The position numbers and the translations under genes were made by a program. From positions 1 to 9,677 of IMG/VR virus record IMGVR_UViG_2585427748_000017: a stretch of DNA of 9,677 bases; one strand, 5' to 3'. Origin of the DNA: a virus (Duplodnaviria > Heunggongvirae > Uroviricota > Caudoviricetes). Under the pieces are notes generated by a model, which saw nothing but the letters and a program-made list of their open reading frames with translations, had not been told where the DNA came from and ran no database searches. Positions 1-6,036 of the stretch are shown here, piece by piece. Position 1 is the first letter of the stretch. The number at the start of each line of letters is the position of its first letter.

Positions 1-138
1 GTGTTTGATTTTAGCAAACTGATTCGGGAGATTCGAGTGATGGCTGAAAAATTATCCACCTGGAAGTTCATTCTTATCTGGCTGGTGTTTGTGATTATGG
101 CCTCCGGTTATTTCATCGGTCAGATACGCTGGTGGTGA
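1..138 (+). CDS. 3' end of an unidentified upstream gene (45 codons in window); C-terminal hydrophobic segment, stop 4 nt before Rz start
   Basis: Only frame 1 is open across 1-135 (frames 2 and 3 hit stops within the first 25 nt); stop TGA at 136-138 with Rz ATG at 140, suggesting translational coupling. Translation ...KLSTWKFILIWLVFVIMASGYFIGQIRWW ends in an approx 18-residue hydrophobic stretch. It does not resemble the C-terminus of lambda R or phage 21 R endolysin as I recall them. Function not assigned. Confidence 0.35.
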   Translation: MFDFSKLIREIRVMAEKLSTWKFILIWLVFVIMASGYFIGQIRWW

Positions 139-139
139 A

Positions 140-607
140 ATGAACCGCGTACTGTGCGTGGTCATCATTGCCCTGCTGGTGGCCTGTGGTGCGCTTAGTC
201 TGGGGCTGAATCATTACCGTGATAACGCCATAACCTACAAAGAGCAGCGCGATAAAAAAGTCAGTGAGCTGGAGCTGGCAAATGCAACCATTACTGATAT
301 GCAGCAGCGCCAGCGTGATGTTGCTGCACTTGATGCCAGATACTCGAGGGAATTAGCCGATGCGAGAGCTGAAAATGAAACTCTTCGCGCTGACGTTGCC
401 GCTGGTCACCGCAGCCTGCGGATCAACGCCACCTGTCCAGGTCCCGTGCGTGAAGCCACCGGCACCGCCCGCGTGGATAATGCAACCGGCCCCCAACTGG
501 CAGACACCGTTACACGGGATTATTTCACCCTCAGAGAGCGGCTGATGACGATGCAGAAGCAACTGGAAGGGGCACAGGACTATATCCGCACTCAGTGCCT
601 GAAATAA
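140..607 (+). CDS. Rz: Rz i-spanin (inner-membrane spanin subunit), lambda Rz homologue
   Basis: 155-aa ORF with N-terminal hydrophobic anchor (VLCVVIIALLVACGALSLGL) followed by NHYRDNAITYK...DMQQRQRDVAALDA...RDYFTLRERLMTMQKQLEG, which aligns along its length with lambda Rz as I recall it. Stop TAA 605-607. Contains an embedded +1-frame lipoprotein ORF (Rz1). Confidence 0.85.
   Translation: MNRVLCVVIIALLVACGALSLGLNHYRDNAITYKEQRDKKVSELELANATITDMQQRQRDVAALDARYSRELADARAENETLRADVAAGHRSLRINATCPGPVREATGTARVDNATGPQLADTVTRDYFTLRERLMTMQKQLEGAQDYIRTQCLK
360..545 (+). CDS. Rz1: Rz1 o-spanin (outer-membrane lipoprotein spanin subunit), fully embedded in Rz in another frame
   Basis: 61-aa ORF inside Rz: MRELKMKLFALTLPLVTAAC (signal peptide with lipobox-like TAAC) followed by a proline-rich mature part VKPPAPPAWIMQPAPNWQTPLHGIISPSESG, closely matching lambda Rz1 (…CVKPPPPPAWIMQPPPDWQTPLNGIISPSERG). 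Stop TGA 543-545. Confidence 0.8.
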   Translation: MRELKMKLFALTLPLVTAACGSTPPVQVPCVKPPAPPAWIMQPAPNWQTPLHGIISPSESG

Positions 608-957
608 GTTTTGCTGATGCGCGGTATTGTCGCCGTATCCCCGCATTAACAGAGACCGCAGCCCGACAGGGAGACTCCTCTGCGCGAGTGTGCGGGGATA
701 ATCAAAAACGATACACACCGGGGTTTACCGCGTTAACGGAGCGCGGCGTTGTCCCCTCATAGTCGCCTGTCCGGTGCGATGGTGGAAGAAGCCGGATGTT
801 TATCACTATTAATTGATGACACAGAAATGGATTCATTGAATTTCAGCACGTTTTTGTATTCGTGTTATTGAACATCTGTTTATTTTACTTTTAACATATT
901 GATAATAAAAAGAGCTGTAAATCTTTAGATGAGTCGATTTTGTCCGGGGAAGTTCAA

Positions 958-1098
958 ATGGATTTTATGCTGACGGTTTCTGGTGTGGTTATCCTGTCCA
1001 TTGCTTATACTGCAGATAAATATGGCTGCCATTTGTTATCACGTATTGGCGCTTATTGTTCGTTGATGCTGATTTTCTCGTCGCTTTTTTTTGAGTAA
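958..1098 (+). CDS. hypothetical small hydrophobic protein (46 aa), possible membrane peptide
   Basis: ATG at 958 preceded by GGGGA (945-949, 8-nt spacing); translation MDFMLTVSGVVILSIAYTADKYGCHLLSRIGAYCSLMLIFSSLFFE, stop TAA 1096-1098. Lies in an AT-rich island; candidate promoter TTGAAC (868-873) - 18 nt - TAACAT (892-897). Below the 60-aa cutoff of the supplied ORF track; coding status unproven. Confidence 0.3.
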   Translation: MDFMLTVSGVVILSIAYTADKYGCHLLSRIGAYCSLMLIFSSLFFE

Positions 1099-1230
1099 GT
1101 TATATTAATTATAACAAATAATTTTCTGTGTTATTTTTTCAGGCTATCCCGTCAGAGGGGAAGCCTGTACTGCCAGGGAGCGAATGGAAAACTGATGTGT
1201 CCGGTAACTGCGTGTTCTGTGAACACCATG

Positions 1231-1416
1231 TTACTTAATTATGTAATTCATACCCGAACTCTCTGTTGACAGCCTTCTTCTGCAGGCTTCAATAACCCAC
1301 GCTGAAAAGTTTCCTGAACCTTTCAGATCAAGAGCGATGTTAATTTGTTCAATCATCTGGTTTGGAAATCGGATGTTGCGGGTTGTTGTTCTGCGCGTTC
1401 TGTTTTTTGATGACAT
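1231..1416 (-). CDS. ylcI: small ribbon-helix-helix-like protein, YlcI-like (DUF3950 family) of DLP12-type prophages
   Basis: 61-aa minus-strand ORF MSSKNRTRRTTTRNIRFPNQMIEQINIALDLKGSGNFSAWVIEACRRRL..., with ATG at 1416-1414 and GGGGA 7 nt upstream on the minus strand. Basic N-terminus, short beta-strand (IRF), then two helices is the RHH pattern. Position immediately upstream of and divergent from cos/Nu1 matches ylcI-nohD in E. coli DLP12 as I recall it. Confidence 0.65.
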   Translation of the reverse strand: MSSKNRTRRTTTRNIRFPNQMIEQINIALDLKGSGNFSAWVIEACRRRLSTESSGMNYIIK

Positions 1417-1589
1417 AATGTTTCCCCATATTCAGTGTTGCTGATTTGTATTATCAGAAGTTGCTTTTACGTTAATTTGACGCAGATCAATTAATACGAT
1501 ACCTGCGTCATAATTGATTATTTCTCGTGGTTTGATGGCGTACACACATGTTGTGATAAACCTTATATAGATGATAATAATTATCATTT

Positions 1590-1850
1590 CGTGGGTCCTT
1601 TCCGGCGATCCGACCGGTTACGGGGCGGCGACCTCGCGCGTTTTCACTATTTATGAGATTTTTTGAGGGGGTGGTTGTTGTTTAATTGTTTGGTATATCT
1701 AATTGATAAGTAAGGTGAAAATAAAATAAATACAACAACCTTACGATGTGTTTTGATGTCGTCAATGCGAAAAATGTCAATGATATCAAATGGTTTTGCA
1801 AAAACACATGGTTGTTGTTTCGCTTTTTATCGATGACTTATGGAGAGGAG
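1590..1850. other. cos: cos packaging site: cosQ-side flank, cosN (12-nt cohesive end GGGCGGCGACCT at 1623-1634) and cosB region up to the Nu1 start
   Basis: Sequence ATAATTATCATTTCGTGGGTCCTTTCCGGCGATCCGACCGGTTACG|GGGCGGCGACCTCGCGCGTTTTCACTATTTATGA matches the lambda right-end/left-end junction nearly base for base (lambda: ...GGGTCCTTTCCGGCGATCCGACAGGTTACG|GGGCGGCGACCTCGCGGGTTTTCGCTATTTATGA). The downstream approx 215 bp before Nu1 carries direct repeats TGGTTGTTGTTT (1672-1683, 1809-1820) and GTCAATG (1761-1767, 1776-1782), candidate terminase/IHF binding elements. Confidence 0.85.
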
Positions 1851-2357
1851 ATGGCCTTTTTATTGAATAAAAGTGATATGGCCTCCTCCATCGGTATCTC
1901 TGTTCAGGCATTTGATAAATGGGGCGTTCCTCCTGTTGAACGTCGGGGGAGGGAAGTTTTATATGACGTTAAAACTGTACTGGAGATAGATCGCGAGCGG
2001 CGACAACACAATCAGAGAACACCTGATGACGGGGGAGAACTGGAGGAAAGGCTGCTTCGGGCCAGAGCTGAACTGACAGAAGAACAGGCTGTAGCTCAAA
2101 AACTTAAAAATCAGGTAACCGAAGGTAAGCTCATCGATTCAGACTTCTGCGTTTTCGCCCTCAGCAAACTGGCGATGGCATTGTCCAGTACGCTTGATTC
2201 CATTCCGTTATCCATGCAGCGACAGTTCCCGGATTTAACGCCACGTCATATTGACCATCTGAAAACCCTTATTGCAAAGGGCGCAAATCAGTGTGCGCGG
2301 GCAGGGGATAAATTACCGGATTTGCTGGATGAATATATCAGAGCAACAACTGAATAA
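1851..2357 (+). CDS. nu1: terminase small subunit (lambda gpNu1 homologue)
   Basis: ATG 1851 preceded by GGAGAGGAG. Translation MAFLLNKSDMASSIGISVQAFDKWGVPPVERRGREVLYD... aligns with lambda Nu1 (winged-HTH N-terminus, ...FALSKLA...LPLSMQRQFPDLTPRHIDHLK..., C-terminus LLDEYI). The 3' end overlaps the gpA start as in lambda. The ORF-track start at 1746 lies in cosB and is rejected. Confidence 0.85.
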   Translation: MAFLLNKSDMASSIGISVQAFDKWGVPPVERRGREVLYDVKTVLEIDRERRQHNQRTPDDGGELEERLLRARAELTEEQAVAQKLKNQVTEGKLIDSDFCVFALSKLAMALSSTLDSIPLSMQRQFPDLTPRHIDHLKTLIAKGANQCARAGDKLPDLLDEYIRATTE

Positions 2358-4257
2358 TATGGTGGCCGCCGTTTCGGTTGCGCTGCAGCCTCTGGTCAGG
2401 GTTGTACCGATGACGGCAGTTGAATGGGCTGACCAGTATTATTATCTGCCGAAAGAATCCTCATACGGTGACGGCGAATGGAAAACGCTGCCGTTCCAGA
2501 TCGCCATCATGAACAGTATGGGGAATGATCAGATCCGCACTGTTAATCTGATTAAATCTGCCCGTGTTGGCTATACAAAGATGTTGCTGGGAGTCGCCGG
2601 GTATTTTATTGAGCATAAATCCCGAAACAGTCTGCTTTTTCAGCCCACGGATTCTGCCGCTGAAGATTTTATGAAGTCTCACGTGGAGGCGACGATTCGG
2701 GACGTGCCATGCCTGAAAGATCTTTCCCCGTGGCTGGGTCGTAAACATCGTGACAATACTCTCACGCTGAAACGCTTTTCATCGGGGGTGGGCTTCTGGT
2801 GCCTGGGTGGTGCGGCAGCAAAAAACTACCGTGAAAAATCCGTGGACGTGGTCTGCTATGACGAACTTTCCTCGTTCGAGCCGGATGTCGAAAAAGAGGG
2901 CTCGCCAACCCTGCTGGGGGATAAGCGTATTGAGGGCTCGGTATGGCCAAAATCCATTCGCGGCTCGACGCCTAAAATAAAAGGCTCCTGCCAGATCGAA
3001 AAAGCGGCCAACGAGTCGGCGCATTTCATGCGTTTTTATGTGCCCTGCCCGCACTGTGGGGAGGCGCAGTATCTGAAATTTGGCGATGAGTCCACGCCTT
3101 TTGGCCTTAAATGGGAGAAGGACAGCCCCGAAAGCGTTTTCTACCTCTGTGAACATCATGGCTGCGTGATCCATCAGTCTGAGCTTGACCAGAGCAACGG
3201 GCGGTGGATCTGCGAAAACACGGGGATGTGGACCCGCGACGGTCTGACGTTTTTCAGCGCCGCGGATAATGAAATTCCGCCGCCGCGCTCCATCACATTC
3301 CATATCTGGACGGCGTACAGTCCGTTCACCACCTGGGTACAGATTGTCTATGACTGGCTGGATGCACTGAAAGATCCCAACGGCCTGAAAACCTTTGTGA
3401 ACACCACGCTGGGCGAGACCTGGGAAGAGGCCGTGGGCGAAAAACTCGATCACCAGGTACTGATGGATAAGGTTGTGCATTACACGGCGGCGGTGCCTGC
3501 CCGGGTGGTTTATCTGACGGCGGGCATTGACTCGCAGCGAAACCGTTTTGAGATGTATGTCTGGGGATGGGCACCGGGAGAGGAAGCTTTTCTGGTGGAT
3601 AAAATCATCATTATGGGCCGTCCCGATGAGGAAGAGACGCTGTTACGTGTGGATGCGGCGATCAACAAAAAATACTGCCATGCAGACGGAACCGAAATGA
3701 CCATTTCCCGTGTCTGCTGGGACACCGGGGGGATCGATGGTGAAATTGTCTATCAGAGGTCAAAAAAACACGGTGTTTTCCGGGTGCTGCCGGTAAAAGG
3801 CGCATCTGTCTATGGCAAGCCGGTGATCACCATGCCGAAAACCCGCAATCAGCGGGGCGTTTATCTGTGTGAAGTGGGGACGGACACCGCAAAAGAAATT
3901 CTCTATGCCCGTATGAAAGCCGAGCCCACGCCTGCGGATGAAGCCACGTCGTATGCCATCCGTTTTCCTGATGATCCGGAGATTTTTTCGCAGACAGAGG
4001 CGCAGCAACTGGTCGCGGAAGAGCTTGTGGAGAAGTGGGAAAAAGGAAAGATGCGTCTGCTGTGGGATAACAAAAAGCGGCGTAACGAAGCGCTGGACTG
4101 CCTGGTGTATGCCTACGCGGCATTACGTGTGTCCGTGCAACGCTGGCAGCTTGATCTGGCTGTACTGGCAAAATCCCGGGAAGAAGAGACGACCCGGCCA
4201 ACCCTTAAAGAACTGGCAGCGAAGCTGTCCGGAGGAGTGAATGGTTACAGTCGCTGA
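2329..4257 (+). CDS. A: terminase large subunit (lambda gpA homologue)
   Basis: Collinear with lambda gpA over the full length (TAVEWAD..YYLPKESSY, GFWCLGGAAAKNYREKSVDV, GDKRIEGSVWPKSIRGSTPK, CPHCGE.QYLKFGD, HIWTAYSPFTTWVQIV, CWDTGGID, KRRNEALDC, RWQLDL). ATG 2329 (MNISEQQ) corresponds to lambda MNISNSQ; the TTG at 2272 listed in the ORF track is an upstream artefact. Stop TGA 4255-4257. Confidence 0.95.
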   Translation: MNISEQQLNNMVAAVSVALQPLVRVVPMTAVEWADQYYYLPKESSYGDGEWKTLPFQIAIMNSMGNDQIRTVNLIKSARVGYTKMLLGVAGYFIEHKSRNSLLFQPTDSAAEDFMKSHVEATIRDVPCLKDLSPWLGRKHRDNTLTLKRFSSGVGFWCLGGAAAKNYREKSVDVVCYDELSSFEPDVEKEGSPTLLGDKRIEGSVWPKSIRGSTPKIKGSCQIEKAANESAHFMRFYVPCPHCGEAQYLKFGDESTPFGLKWEKDSPESVFYLCEHHGCVIHQSELDQSNGRWICENTGMWTRDGLTFFSAADNEIPPPRSITFHIWTAYSPFTTWVQIVYDWLDALKDPNGLKTFVNTTLGETWEEAVGEKLDHQVLMDKVVHYTAAVPARVVYLTAGIDSQRNRFEMYVWGWAPGEEAFLVDKIIIMGRPDEEETLLRVDAAINKKYCHADGTEMTISRVCWDTGGIDGEIVYQRSKKHGVFRVLPVKGASVYGKPVITMPKTRNQRGVYLCEVGTDTAKEILYARMKAEPTPADEATSYAIRFPDDPEIFSQTEAQQLVAEELVEKWEKGKMRLLWDNKKRRNEALDCLVYAYAALRVSVQRWQLDLAVLAKSREEETTRPTLKELAAKLSGGVNGYSR

Positions 4258-4447
4258 ACTACAGGCGCTGCGTCAGGCGCGCCTTGATTTATTAACCGGT
4301 AAACGGGTGGTGTCTGTCCAGAAAGATGGTCGCAGAATTGAATATACGGCGGCTTCTCTGGATGAGCTTAACCGGGCGATCAATGATGCGGAGTCGGTAC
4401 TGGGGACAACCCGACGTCGCCGTCGTCCGCTGGGAGTGAGGTTATGA
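4241..4447 (+). CDS. W: head-tail joining / head completion protein (lambda gpW homologue)
   Basis: 68-aa ORF with GGAGGAG 4 nt upstream. MVTVAELQALRQARLDLLTGKRVVSVQKDGRRIEYTAASLDEL... matches lambda gpW (…[27 protein letters not shown]…). Overlaps the gpA 3' end; stop TGA 4445-4447 overlaps the B start (ATGA). Confidence 0.85.
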   Translation: MVTVAELQALRQARLDLLTGKRVVSVQKDGRRIEYTAASLDELNRAINDAESVLGTTRRRRRPLGVRL

Positions 4448-6036
4448 AACGAACGCCTGTCCTGATTGATGTGAACGGCGTTCCGCTTCGTGAGAGTCTC
4501 AGCTACAACGGGGGCGGCGCAGGATTTGGCGGGCAAATGGCGGAGTGGTTGCCACCGGCGCAGAGTGCCGATGCGGCCCTGCTACCCGCGTTGCGTCTGG
4601 GGAATGCCCGGGCAGATGATCTGGTGCGCAATAACGGAATAGCGGCTAATGCGGTGGCTCTGCATAAGGATCACATTGTCGGGCATATGTTTCTGATCAG
4701 CTACCGTCCGAACTGGCGCTGGCTGGGGATGCGGGAGACCGCAGCAAAAAGTTTTGTCGATGAGGTGGAGGCGGCCTGGTCGGAATACGCCGAAGGGATG
4801 TTTGGTGAGATCGACGTGGAAGGAAAACGCACGTTCACGGAATTTATCCGTGAAGGTGTGGGCGTTCATGCGTTTAACGGCGAAATCTTTGTGCAGCCGG
4901 TCTGGGATACGGAGAGTACGCAACTGTTTCGTACGCGTTTTAAAGCCGTGAGTCCGAAACGGGTGGACACGCCTGGACACGGTATGGGGAACCGTTTTCT
5001 GCGGGCCGGTGTGGAGGTCGATCGATATGGCCGTGCCGTCGCGTACCATATTTGTGAGGACGATTTTCCGTTCTCTGGTAGTGGACGATGGGAACGGATC
5101 CCGCGTGAACTTCCCACCGGGCGTCCGGCCATGCTGCATATTTTCGAGCCGGTGGAGGACGGGCAGACCCGTGGAGCCAATCAGTTTTACAGCGTTATGG
5201 AACGGCTGAAGATGCTGGATTCCCTGCAGGCAACACAGCTTCAGTCGGCCATAGTGAAGGCGATGTATGCAGCGACGATTGAAAGTGAACTTGATACCGA
5301 AAAGGCCTTTGAATATATCGCCGGTGCGCCGCAGGGGCAGAAGGATAATCCGCTTATTAATATTCTGGATAAGTTCTCCACCTGGTATGACACGAATCAC
5401 GTGACGCTGGGCGGTGTCAAAATTCCGCACCTTTTCCCCGGTGATGATCTGAAACTTCAGACCGCGCAGGATTCAGACAATGGATTTTCGGCGCTTGAAC
5501 AGGCGCTGCTGCGGTATATCGCCGCCGGTCTTGGCGTTTCCTACGAACAGTTGTCCCGTGATTACTCGAAGGTCAGTTATTCAAGTGCCCGCGCCTCCGC
5601 CAATGAGTCGTGGCGCTATTTTATGGGGCGGCGAAAATTTATTGCGTCCCGGCTGGCCACGCAGATGTTTTCCTGCTGGCTGGAAGAGGCACTTCTTCGG
5701 GGGATTATTCGTCCGCCACGGGCACGGTTTGATTTTTATCAGGCGCGATCAGCCTGGTCACGGGCTGAGTGGATTGGAGCCGGAAGAATGGCCATTGACG
5801 GGCTCAAGGAGGTTCAGGAATCAGTGATGCGCATTGAGGCCGGACTGAGCACGTATGAGAAAGAGCTGGCGCTGATGGGCGAGGATTATCAGGACATTTT
5901 CCGCCAGCAGGTCAGGGAATCTGCAGAGCGGGAAAAAGCCGGACTCTCACGTCCGGTGTGGATAGCGCAGGCGTATCAGCAGCAGATAGCGGAGAGTCGC
6001 AGGCCGGAAGAGGAGACAACACCACGTGAGACGTAA
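4444..6036 (+). CDS. B: portal protein (lambda gpB homologue)
   Basis: 530-aa ORF collinear with lambda gpB ([140 protein letters not shown]). Confidence 0.95.
   Translation: MKRTPVLIDVNGVPLRESLSYNGGGAGFGGQMAEWLPPAQSADAALLPALRLGNARADDLVRNNGIAANAVALHKDHIVGHMFLISYRPNWRWLGMRETAAKSFVDEVEAAWSEYAEGMFGEIDVEGKRTFTEFIREGVGVHAFNGEIFVQPVWDTESTQLFRTRFKAVSPKRVDTPGHGMGNRFLRAGVEVDRYGRAVAYHICEDDFPFSGSGRWERIPRELPTGRPAMLHIFEPVEDGQTRGANQFYSVMERLKMLDSLQATQLQSAIVKAMYAATIESELDTEKAFEYIAGAPQGQKDNPLINILDKFSTWYDTNHVTLGGVKIPHLFPGDDLKLQTAQDSDNGFSALEQALLRYIAAGLGVSYEQLSRDYSKVSYSSARASANESWRYFMGRRKFIASRLATQMFSCWLEEALLRGIIRPPRARFDFYQARSAWSRAEWIGAGRMAIDGLKEVQESVMRIEAGLSTYEKELALMGEDYQDIFRQQVRESAEREKAGLSRPVWIAQAYQQQIAESRRPEEETTPRET

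Noticed and set aside
608-957. bor lipoprotein gene (expected after Rz on the minus strand in lambda)
   Set aside because: No ORF of suitable size or with a lipoprotein signal is present on either strand in this interval.
1590-1650. Possible tRNA or attachment site in the GC-rich segment GGGTCCTTTCCGGCGATCCGACCGGTTACGGGGCGGCGACC
   Set aside because: The segment matches the lambda cos junction almost exactly, so it is the packaging site rather than a tRNA or att site.
1746-1850. Upstream extension of the Nu1 ORF (ORF-track start at 1746)
   Set aside because: This stretch is the cosB region and has no similarity to Nu1; the ATG at 1851 has a strong SD (GGAGAGGAG) and aligns with the lambda Nu1 N-terminus.
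2272-2328. Upstream TTG start for the terminase large subunit (ORF-track start 2272)
   Set aside because: Codon 2272 is TTG within the Nu1 coding region; the ATG at 2329 (MNISEQQ) corresponds to the lambda gpA start MNISNSQ.
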